A stretch of 24,598 nt of DNA, taken from NCBI RefSeq assembly GCF_006345805.1, contig NW_021836210.1:1-24598 (forward strand), read 5' to 3'. This document shows positions 1 through 9,304 of this stretch, piece by piece (position 1 is the stretch's first letter; each line of letters starts with the position of its first letter). Position numbers and translations under genes: made by a program. This stretch comes from Octopus sinensis (Eukaryota). The notes below the pieces were generated by a model, which saw nothing but the letters and a program-made list of their open reading frames with translations, was not told the origin of the DNA and did not search any database.

Positions 1-19
1 TATTAGTATTTGGTTAAAA

Positions 20-500
20 ATTTCATTTTTATATATATTTTACGATGAAGCAATTTCTTTCATGATTTTTGTTGTTGTATTATATTTCCTGCAAAATTAG
101 AATAATGTTAAACGTATAAAATTAGGTTGCTGAGGTCTTGTACGGCAAGTAATTTTTCTTGTGTTCGGATCGCGTATTTATTGTCGGAGAAGCGTCATAC
201 GTTTTCTGTGCGACATGCCGGTTTGACCAATATAATTCTCGCCATACCCACAGGATGTTATGACATGAGTTTTTCCGAAAGTCATGCAAAGTTATTTTTT
301 AACTTAAACTCTCTTCCAAATTTGAAGCGGGATTCAATGCTTTCTGATATGTTGATTCAAATTTGACAATTGCTTCTGCATTTTTAACTATCAGTTTCTG
401 AATAATTTTGGTAGGAGACTGGGCACTTGTTAGAATTTTCTTCAATGAATGTGGCAATTTCTTTGTTACTTTAAATTATGTTTGGTAGCCTGATCGATAC
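20..500 (-). pseudogene. Decayed Penelope-like retroelement ORF (C-terminal Cys linker plus GIY-YIG endonuclease)
   Basis: Manual minus-strand translation gives KLPHSLKKILTSAQ (~460-420), KKCRSNCQI* (Cys linker), FKLKNNFA*LSEKL, then ITSCGYGENYIGQTGMSHRKRMTLLRQ*IRDPNTRKI (261-~150) and a frameshifted KE..CFIVKY helix near 60-40. The order and content match the PLE Cys-linker, GIY-YIG and Glu-helix layout. Multiple stops and frameshifts. Confidence 0.78.
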
Positions 501-736
501 CATAGTAGATATTTAAATATACATATATGTAGACGGACAGACGGATAGAAAGATCAATCATTGTTTGATATATCTCTACTTAATACAATCAGAAAGTTAA
601 ATACTTTTAAGTACAGCAAATATAAATATGAATATTGTTAATGAAACAAATTTTAATTTTCTAAATGAAATGCACACGTGTGTGTGTGTTTGCGCACGCA
701 CGAGTTTGAATATATATATATTCTATTATTCAGCTA

Positions 737-909
737 TTCTTTTGTTTGTTTCACTTATTTTACTGCGGCCATGCTGGAGCGCCGCTTTTAGTCGAACAAA
801 TCGATCCCAGGACTTATTCTTTATAAGCCTAGTTCTTATTCTATTGGTCTCTTTTGTCGGACTGCTAAGTTACGGAGACGTACACACACACACGTACACA
901 TACACCTAA

Positions 910-942
<33 letters not shown>

Positions 943-1112
943 TATATACGACGGGGCTTCTTTCAGTTTCCGTCCATCAAATCCACTCACAGGGCTTTGA
1001 ACTGCCTGAGGCTATAGTAGAAGATTCTTGCCCAAAGTGCCACGCAATGGGACTGAACCCGGAGCCATTTGGTTGGTAAGCAAGCTACTTACCACACAGC
1101 CTCTCCAGCGCC

Positions 1113-1113
<1 letters not shown>
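737..1113 (-). mobile_element. tRNA-derived SINE (octopus OR/CORE-like family) with internal microsatellite
   Basis: Reverse complement has an A-box GCTGTGTGGTAAG, a B-box GGGTTCAGTCCC and a CORE-like TTGGGCAAG...TTCTACTATAGC. Homologous to 14565-15015 and 19736-20126. Confidence 0.85.
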
Positions 1114-1173
<60 letters not shown>

Positions 1174-1330
1174 GTGTGTAACCTAGGGTTTGTAGAAATT
1201 GTGCTTCCTTGTGCAGGAGCGTGTATGAATGTGTGTTTCGCACGATGCGCGTGCATGTGTGTCTGTGTTGTGTGTGTGTGCTTGTGCGAGCGTGCGTGCG
1301 TTCTTGCGTGCTTTCTCTGTGTACTGAACG
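1114..1330. repeat. Compound (CA)n/(TA)n/(GT)n microsatellite
   Basis: Directly visible dinucleotide runs. Confidence 0.9.
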
Positions 1331-1344
1331 CCAAAGGAAGCTAA

Positions 1345-1740
1345 GTAAAGTGCAACATAGGATAAAGGAAGGTGTTTAACACGTTGTAGGAGAGGGAGGA
1401 GGAACTCTGAATAGAGGAAGTAGTCGCATGAAGGGTATTGATGAAAGAGGGAAATATATCATAGAAAATAAAGAGGAAAAAGTAAAGAAATACAGAAAGA
1501 AAAAAAAAAGAAAAAGAAAAGAATATCAAAAAGGGAAGAGAGGGAAAAAGGAATAGAATAAAAAAAAGCAGGAAGAAATTGAGAAAGACGAATAATAAAA
1601 AAATATCTCAAATGAAAGCAAAGGACGGATAAGAAAGAACAGAGTAAGGAGAGATTATAGGAGAAAGTGAGGACAAAGGAGAAAGAATGAAAGGTTTTTG
1701 AAGGCTAGTGAGATGGGAGTGGATAGAAAGGGGTAGAAGT
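1345..1740 (+). repeat. Purine-rich (GA/AAG) low-complexity tract
   Basis: About 400 bp with strong A/G bias on the plus strand. Confidence 0.8.
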
Positions 1741-1789
1741 TTGTTTGAAAACGTTCGTATTGCGTGTAGAAAATGAAGCGATTTCACCA

Positions 1790-1982
1790 ATTGTTATTTC
1801 GTGTGTATTAAACATGGCGACTAAATTGCAGCGGTGATTGTTGACTGTTTCTTCACGGCTACCATTAATGCTGGTGGTGTTGGTGTTGTTGATAGAGGTG
1901 GCGTCGGTAGGGGAGGTGTTGCTGCTGGTCGCGATGGCCGTGGTGGAGGGAGCCGGTGGCGGTGGCGGCGGCGCTGGTGGCC
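1790..1982 (-). CDS. Possible internal exon (Pro/Thr/Asn-rich, GPPAPPPPPPAPSTT...NTHEIT)
   Basis: Minus-strand acceptor ctcctatttatacaccctgtcttaacAG|G, an open GC-rich frame and a weak donor TTG|GTGAAA. No homology recognised; could be a degenerate (GGT/GTT)n tract. Confidence 0.2.
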
Positions 1983-2828
1983 CTGTTAAGACAGGGTGTA
2001 TAAATAGGAGCAGTCGACGTGTCGTCAAAGGCACCCCGCGGTTTCCTTCATTTCAGCTGCTCCTGCCAGACGGACATTACATCGTGGCAACCCACGAACA
2101 CACACACATACAAACACACGCACAGACACATACACAGTGTCTCTCTCTCTCTCTCTCACTCACACACACACACATTCAAGCACAGTAAATATACACTAAT
2201 ATACATATGCATATAAACATCTATTTATTCTATATAAACACATAAACACATACATATATATAAATATGAGTGCATATATGCGTTATATGTGTACGTCTGA
2301 GCGTGTGTGTGTATGGATGTCCATGCGAGTGTAAATTTGTGTATGTTTCCGCAGAAAAGCAACATGATAGACAGTTAAGGTCTGTAGGTGACACCATAAC
2401 AATTACTGGCAATCAACGATTATTCCATGAAACGCCTCATGTATATATGTATATGTGTAAGAGGGAAAGAGAGAGAGAGAGAGAAAGAAAGAAAGACAAT
2501 GGAATAGAGGGAGGGAGGGTATTAAGTAAGGACTAACAACACACTGTAGTATACTAAGTGACTGACTTCAACTACAGTAAGACTAATTTCTCGCTGTTTC
2601 GATATTCAGCACCAACAACCTCTGCGTTACGTCGTTCTGACAAGAACATTTGCAAGTCTCGCGCATTTCATTGTTTATATTTGTTTCTCCCCTTTTTCTT
2701 CTAATTACATTCTCCTCAGTATCACGCAGAAATCAAAACATCGTCAGTCGCGCATGCGCTGGATTAGTTTTAAATACACGCTAAATGACAATGAACGCCT
2801 GCGAAACGGTTTCGATTTCGCTTGTGTA

Positions 2829-3062
2829 AGGCGGCGAGCTGGCAGAAACGTTAGCACGCCGGGCGAAATGCTCAGCAGTATTTCGTCTGCCGTCACGTTC
2901 TCTGAGTTCAAATTCCGCCGAGGTCCACTTTGCCTTCCATCCTTTCGGGGTCGATTAAATAAGTACCAGTTACGCACTGGAGTCGATATAACCGACTTAA
3001 TCCGTTTGCCTGTCCTTGTTTGTCCTCTCCGTGTTTAGCCCCTTGTGGGTAGTAAAGAAATG
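2829..3062 (+). mobile_element. Full-length tRNA-derived SINE, 'family A' (head GGCGAGCTGGCAGAAACGTTAGC, tail GGTAGTAAAGAAAT)
   Basis: A- and B-box present. Flanked by a ~20-bp target-site duplication ggtttcgatttcgc(tt/c)gtgta at 2808-2828 and 3063-3082. Confidence 0.9.
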
Positions 3063-3119
3063 GGTTTCGATTTCGCCGTGTAGTGTAATGCAATTGAATT
3101 CACTTATCGCATATAGGAT

Positions 3120-3534
3120 GGAGGCACATGGCCTAGTGGTTAGAGCAGCAGACTCGTGATCGAGGGATCGTGGGTTCGAATCTCAGACCGGGAGATGTGT
3201 GTGTTTATGAGCGAAATGTGGAGGCACATGGTCTAGTGGTTAGAGCAGCGGACTCGCGGTCGAGGAATCGCTGGTTCGAATCTCAGACCGGAAGATGTGT
3301 GTGTTTATGAGCGAAATACCTAAGCTCTACACGGCTCCGGCAGAAGGTAAAGGCGAACTTCTGCTGACTCTTTCGCCACAACCTTCTCTCACTCTTTCCT
3401 CCTGCATCTTCCAGCTCACCTGCGACAGACCGGCGTCCCGTCCATGTGGAGAACCTATACGCCAAGGAAACCGGGAAACCGGCCCTATGAGCCAGGCGTG
3501 GATCGAGAATGGACAAACAAAAAGACAACACGTT
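3120..3534 (+). mobile_element. tRNA-derived SINE 'family B' with tandemly doubled head
   Basis: Heads at 3120-3217 and 3220-3317 (A-box TGGCCTAGTGG, B-box GGTTCGAATC). Tail GAAACCGGGAAACCGGCCCTATGAGCC. 9-bp TSD gcatatagg at 3109-3117 and 3535-3543. Confidence 0.85.
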
Positions 3535-3639
3535 GCATATAGGGCCGCTGGGTGTTCAGAAAAGTAGGTTTGATATTTCTCGGAAACAAAAATCTGACAT
3601 TAACTAGGCTGTGTTATCAGTTGGTGAGAATAACTTGTA

Positions 3640-3925
3640 TTGAAATGCACTGGAAGGGTTACCAAGGTGCTCTGTAAGGGGCTCCTTAGACCCCATAAGG
3701 GAGTTGGAAGTGCACCGCATGAATATAGTTGCATCAAAAATGAGGTACAGTTGTACGGCCAGGGATGTCTAGGCGCATCAAAAGGGATATGTTGGTGTAT
3801 GTTAAGGGCTGCAGAGGCACACGAAAAGGATTATGTATGTGGATGGCAAGGGATATCGAGGTGTATCATAAGGAGTACCTATATTAGCTACACCAGGGGA
3901 TGTAGGTATCAGCAAGGGCTGTGTA
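3640..3925 (+). repeat. Degenerate ~21-22-bp tandem repeat (consensus approximately AGGTGCATCATAAGGGATATCG)
   Basis: Recurring aggcgcatcaaaaggg, aggtgtatcataagg, aggtgctctgtaagggg and tggtgtatgttaaggg at ~21-22-bp spacing. Confidence 0.55.
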
Positions 3926-3965
3926 AGTCATGTATATTCTCACGTTATTTACTGAAACTCTCGAC

Positions 3966-4269
3966 TCTGTCGGTCATGAATGACCATAGAGATACCTAAG
4001 AGGTTCCTCTCCTGGTAAAAGTCCGGGAGGAAAGTTGCCACACCGGCGAACGCAAACCCTAGGGTTGTTTTCATGGAAGACCAGCAGTCGCCTATGCATA
4101 TCAGCCTCGCTTCTTCTCACCACCGATGTTAGCCAAGGGAAAGGAAAGACTGATAGATCTTGGCACCGGTAACGTCGCAACTGATTTCTACAGCTGAGTG
4201 AGCTGGAGCAATGTGAAATAAAGTGTCTTGCTCAAGAACACAATACACAGCACGGTCCGGGAATCGAAC
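3966..4269 (-). mobile_element. SINE 'family C' body, 5'-end lost at the B-box
   Basis: Minus strand reads GTTCGATTCCCGGACCG...TTCTTGAGCAAGACACTTTATTTCACATTGCTCCAGCTCACTCAGCTGTAGAAAT...CATTCATGACCGAC. No A-box half is present upstream. Confidence 0.7.
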
Positions 4270-4532
4270 TCAGAACGTAACGGCAGACGAAATACCTATT
4301 TCTTTACTACCCACAAGGGGCTAAACACAGAGGGGACGAACAAGGACAAACAAACGGATTAAGTCGATTACATCGACCCCAGTGCGTAACTGGTACTTAA
4401 TTTATCGACCCCGAAAGGATGACAGTCAAATCGACCTCGGCGGAATTTGAACTCAGAACGTAGCGGCAGACGAAATACGGCTACGCATTTCGCCCGGCGT
4501 GCTAACGTTTCTTTCTGCCAGCTCGCTGCCTT
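4266..4532 (-). mobile_element. Family A SINE (4297-4532) plus an extra internal head segment (4266-4296) after its tail
   Basis: Reverse complement of a full family A unit, followed by GGTATTTCGTCTGCCGTTACGTTCTGAGTTC. Confidence 0.88.
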
Positions 4533-4573
4533 AAAAATGATATTGAAAAATAAAGAAAAAAAAACAACTTTTT

Positions 4574-4655
4574 AATTGCTAGCAGAGATTTGAAACCCTC
4601 CGCTGTGGCATTATGCTACTTCTCAATACCTGACCAACTAGGCCACTAAAGCAGC
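4574..4655 (-). mobile_element. Old tRNA-like SINE head
   Basis: Minus strand has TGGCCTAGTTGG (A-box) and GGTTTCAAATCT (B-box-like) at tRNA-like spacing. Confidence 0.4.
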
Positions 4656-5199
4656 AACAATGTCAAGGTAATATCAATCATTTATCAGAAACATTTAGGA
4701 ATAATTTATAATTGTTTTCTTGTCCAAGGTCAACAGTGACCAAACAGACCTATGGAGAGAGAGACGTTCCGTTACCATACTGTTTTATCAAAGAGATATC
4801 TAGAATTGCTTTAACCAATATATCTTCCTTTTCTTCTAAGGTAGAACTTATCATGTCGAGCGATTACGCAGAAGTCTGCTCAAGTATAAAAGTTCTGTGA
4901 ATATAACGCCATACTTTAAGGTTATAATAATCTTGCTTTTTGGCATCGCAGGGCAATAGTGATTAAATAAGAAAAACATTCACTGGCGTGTTTTACTTGG
5001 AAGATTCAAAACTGTTTTCAAAGTGTTCGTAATTATTTTTATGAACTGTAGAACATAGAAGAATTGTGAATAACAGATTTTCAAGAAACTGAAGTATTTA
5101 TATTGATTTTCTTAAATTATACCATTTAAAACTCTGTGAGACACCCTGGTTCCAGTTGCGGTTCACTTCATAAAACCGTTTCGGTGCAACTCGAAACTC

Positions 5200-5405
5200 T
5201 TAATAGGGCATCTAGGTCTCTGTCGCCGTGTGCCTAGAACGCTTTGTGCACCAAAATAGCACAAACAACCACTTTAAGACACCGACTGCTACTTACGATG
5301 CATCTAGTCCTTGTCTAGCCACCACATGCGCATTTGGTCTCTCCTAGGTTCCCCTTATGATGCATACTGTTGGTGCATTTCGATACCACTTACGATGCAC
5401 CTAAG
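5200..5405 (-). repeat. Degenerate ~22-bp tandem repeat, same motif as 3640-3925 but inverted
   Basis: Reverse complement contains aggtgcatcgtaagtggtatcg (5381-5402), atgcatcataagggg and agatgcatcgtaag. Confidence 0.5.
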
Positions 5406-5585
5406 TTTGAGAAATATGTCCTTAAGATTCTTGACAAAGTAGCTGTCTTATTATAACTCCCTTAGCTACTCTTTTAGCCAGAGGAGTACAAAAGCCTTTT
5501 TCTTTCTCGTTACAAATCCTTCGGGTGCATATTTCTTATGCTTGTACCTTGATTCTGTTTTTCATTACGTCCTTTCACTTTTAAG

Positions 5586-5915
5586 ACAGCAGAATATACG
5601 TTGAAAACGTCGTTGCTATTCCTTAGAGAAGCAACGACTACGGAGGCAACGACCACGGAGGCAACGACCACGGAGGCAACGACCACGGATGTAACGACCA
5701 CGGAGGCAGCGACCACGGAGGCAGCGACCACGGAGGCAACGACCACGGATGCAACGACCACGGATGTAAGGACCACGGAGGCAGCGACCACGGAGGCAGC
5801 GACCACGGAGGCAACGACCACGGAGGCAACGACCACGGATGTAACGACCACGGAGGCAACGACCACGGAGGCAACGACCACGGATGCAACGACCACGGAT
5901 GCAACGACCACCTAG
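5586..5915 (+). CDS. Candidate mucin-like (Thr-rich) exon, TAEYTLKTSLLFLR(EATTT)19-stop
   Basis: Long polypyrimidine acceptor ending ...cctttcacttttaAG at 5585, an open frame through 19 pentapeptide repeats, TAG at 5913-5915. No upstream exon identified. Confidence 0.35.
   Translation, partial: TAEYTLKTSLLFLREATTTEATTTEATTTEATTTDVTTTEAATTEAATTEATTTDATTTDVRTTEAATTEAATTEATTTEATTTDVTTTEATTTEATTTDATTTDATTT
5628..5912 (+). repeat. 15-bp minisatellite x19 (GAGGCAACGACCACG) with a 75-bp higher-order period
   Basis: 285 bp = 19 x 15 with no indels. The GATGTA variant recurs every 5th unit (units 5, 10, 15). Confidence 0.95.
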
Positions 5916-5940
5916 TGGTTTCATCTGTGAAACATAACAG

Positions 5941-6340
5941 AAGGCGGTGAGCTGGCAGAAACGTTAGCACGCCGGGCGAAAGGCTTAGTGGTATTTCGTC
6001 TGTCTTTACATTCTGAGTTCAAATTCCGCCGAGGTTGACTTTGCTTTTCACCCATTCGGGGTCGATTAAATTAGTACCAGTTACGCACTAGGGTCGATAT
6101 AATCGAATTAATTCGTTTGTCTGTCCTTGTTTGTCCTCTCTGTGTTTAGCCCCTTGCGGGTAATAAAGAAATAGGTATTTCGTTTGTCTCTACGTTCTGA
6201 GTTCAAATCCCGCCGAGGTTGACTTTGCTTTTCATCCATTCGGGTTCGATAAATTAAGTACCAGATGCATACTGGGGTCGATCTAATCGACTGGACTCCT
6301 CCTCCAAAATTTCGGGTCTTGTGCTTTTATTAAAAAAAAC
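5941..6340 (+). mobile_element. Composite SINE: family A-type unit (5941-6173) joined to an older-subfamily body (6174-6340)
   Basis: The tail AAAGAAATA is followed by internal GGTATTTCG... and the older tail ATCTAATCGACTGG...CAAAATTTCGGG. Possible short TSD aacagaa at 5936-5942 and 6338-6344. Confidence 0.88.
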
Positions 6341-6342
6341 AG

Positions 6343-6375
6343 AAAATGATGGTGCATCTACCACTAAAGAAACAG
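6343..6375 (+). CDS. Candidate 33-nt phase-1 micro-exon (E)NDGASTTKET
   Basis: cAG| acceptor with a weak pyrimidine tract, strong donor CAG|GTAAGA, frame-preserving length. Confidence 0.2.
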
Positions 6376-6799
6376 GTAAGATACTACTGATGTAAGATTA
6401 ATAACACAGAGAAGTCAGCGATATCTACATCGACAATAAAGATCAATGAAGGCATATCAAGGTAAGATAAATACACGACTTATTGAAATACATTTCCGTT
6501 CGGGATCATTATAAACAGATACTACATGGCCACTGCGACCAACACTAAACGAGATTTTACTGAAAATAAAGAAAAACAACTCTTTGTTTTCCCGTGAAGA
6601 GCATATCTATGGACAAATGTTTCTACCTCAATAAGCGTCAACAGCATAGCAGTTGTCTTACCTTGACTGAGCATACGATATACTTATAAGTATACAAATA
6701 AGTAGAATATACTTCTTGTCTAAGGAGTTTATATCTGTTTCACAGTGTGCATAATTTGGGTGTGAATGAGTGTGTGTATAGATATGTATTTACATAAAC

Positions 6800-7376
6800 A
6801 GGTATGTATATATGCATGTATCTAAGTGTGTGTGCATGTATGTATATATGTGTATATGTATGTGTGTATACGTTATTGTATTATGTGTGTGTATGTATGT
6901 ACGTATGTCTATATGTGTGTACATGTATGTATATATATATGTGCGTATAGGTTATTGTATTATGGGTGTGTATGTATGTATGTCTATATGTGTGTGCATG
7001 TATGTATATATGTATGTGCGTATAGGTTATTGTATTTTGGGTGTGTATGTATGTATGTATGTATGCATGTATGTATGTGTATGCATGTATGTATGTGTAT
7101 GCATGTATGTATATGTATGCATGTATGTATGTGTATGCATCTATGTATGTGTGTGTAAAGATGATATGCCTGTGGATGCAACCAAGAGGGGAAAAGAGAT
7201 ACAATATACGTTGTTTGCAGAAGAGGATTCCCTCTGTCACCAATTTGAGCTTCTTGTCACATGACACCATTCAGGTACCCGGATTATCACCGCAATCGAG
7301 AAACTTAAAACAGCGAATAAGTGAATTATAAGCTTTGAGACGCTATACACACACACACACACACACCACACACACA

Positions 7377-7407
<31 letters not shown>

Positions 7408-7757
7408 CAAGCGTGTGCACTCGCACACACATAAACACGCACACACATGAAGACACATATACGTATACACATGTATCCATATATACCAGTAGTTCTATCT
7501 ATTTGTCTAAATAGATAAATATTTGTATATCTATGTCCATATGTATGTATGTATGTATGTATGTACACATACATACGTATATACAATGTATATGTATATA
7601 TGTATATATGTATTATATATATATATATATATTATTATATATATATATATATATATTACATATATATGATATATATATATACATATATACATGTATGTTA
7701 CGTATGTATATATAGATATATATGTATATGTGCATATATATATATATGTATATTACG

Positions 7758-7813
<56 letters not shown>

Positions 7814-8078
7814 CAGAGAGGCAGAGAGAGAGAGAGGGAGAGAGAGAGAGACATACATATATATGTGTTTGTGTATATGTATATATAATGTATGTGTGTG
7901 TGTGTGTGTGTTGGAGTATATATGGATGTATATTGCGCCTGTGCTTTGGCTTGTACGCATGCGCTAACTTGTGGATTTCTCAGACGAACGATTAACTTTA
8001 CTGAAAATACATCTCTAAGCATACATACTCATGTCTACCCTACACACACATACACACACACACAACAAACACACACAA

Positions 8079-8127
<49 letters not shown>

Positions 8128-8183
8128 GAATGTTCATATGATATATATGTACGTGTATGCAGGTATACATATGTGTGTGTATG

Positions 8184-8243
<60 letters not shown>

Positions 8244-8330
8244 CGTGTGTCTGTGTCTGTCTCTGTGTGTGTCTCTGAGTGTATGTATATATAAGCACAC
8301 ACATATACATGCATGTAAGCATTACAAAGT
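6800..8330. repeat. Compound microsatellite field ((ATGT)n, (CA)n, (TA)n, (GA)n), with one unique gap near 7160-7340
   Basis: Directly visible. It explains the many Y/I/M/C/V-rich ORFs here. Confidence 0.9.
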
Positions 8331-8917
8331 TTTAATATAAAACTCCACACGCACAATCATTAATGGATAAATATTCTAAATAAACATTGTAAACGCATGC
8401 AAAGAAACGCATACATGAATTCGCACACTCATACACCTTTATACAAACACACACACACACACACAAACACACAAACACTTATATTTCTACGTGAGTTATT
8501 AAACACTCAGGTAAACATGCTAACACGTATACACACATTAAGGAAACATATTTATGTATTGTAATTGTATTGAAGTTCAGTAAAGTGTTGTCGTATGTGT
8601 CAAAGAAAATTGCATCCATTTAGCCGACTAAGAAGAAAGCCATTGATCAATACAGAATTATAGAACTGGAATAGGGGAGGACTTAAGAACCGGTGCTAAC
8701 TGGTCCCGGTTTGTTTTGACAATTAATTTTGCATCCAGCTGTAAAACTTGTCAAACCAGATTTGCAGACAGCATGTCTCAAAATATTGTGATATATCTTT
8801 TGTTTAAAACCAGAATCATATCTAAAATTAAACAGCTCGCACACCTTCAGATAAATAAAAATGCTAAAATCAAACCGAAAATGATACGAGGGAAATAAAT
8901 GTATATTAAATAGAAAA

Positions 8918-8949
8918 CATTGTTATTGTTGTTATTATTATTATTATCA

Positions 8950-9015
<66 letters not shown>
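8918..9015. repeat. (TTA)n microsatellite
   Basis: Directly visible. Another (TTA)n/(AAT)n run lies at ~9629-9770. Confidence 0.92.
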
Positions 9016-9017
<2 letters not shown>

Positions 9018-9255
9018 GCTGTTGTAGTTGTCGTTATCGTAATATGTTTCGTCCATCTTGTTTTTCTTATTTTAGTCTTTTATTTAATCATTTCTTTGGA
9101 ATTATGCCTCACGTATGTTTGCATTTTTTACATGTCTTTAATGCAATGCACTCAGCTTGTGTCGTCCATATATATGCATATATATCTATGTATATATATA
9201 TATTATATATATATATATTATATATATATATATATAATATATATATATATATATA

Positions 9256-9286
<31 letters not shown>

Positions 9287-9304
9287 GTATATATATATAT
9301 AATA

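Noticed and set aside
2355-2456. 102-nt phase-1 exon candidate containing GDTITITG (IPT/Ig-like)
   Set aside because: The motif is too short to be diagnostic and the donor lies in microsatellite sequence.
2744-3093. ORFs such as MRNWYLFNRPRKD... (also at 10592-11174)
   Set aside because: They are translations of family A SINE sequence and recur wherever the SINE does.
3120-3200. tRNA genes at A/B-box-containing segments
   Set aside because: They lack a complete cloverleaf and acceptor stem and continue into SINE bodies.
5628-5912. CRISPR-like regular repeat
   Set aside because: The units are contiguous with no unique spacers, the context is eukaryotic and there are no cas genes.
5510-5970. 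Minus-strand (VVVAS)n, (RGRCL)n and (PPWSL)n ORFs
   Set aside because: These are alternative frames of the same 15-bp repeat; only the EATTT frame has splice support.
8716-8898. CKTC motif suggesting a C2H2 zinc finger
   Set aside because: No His pair at the required spacing and no further finger repeats.
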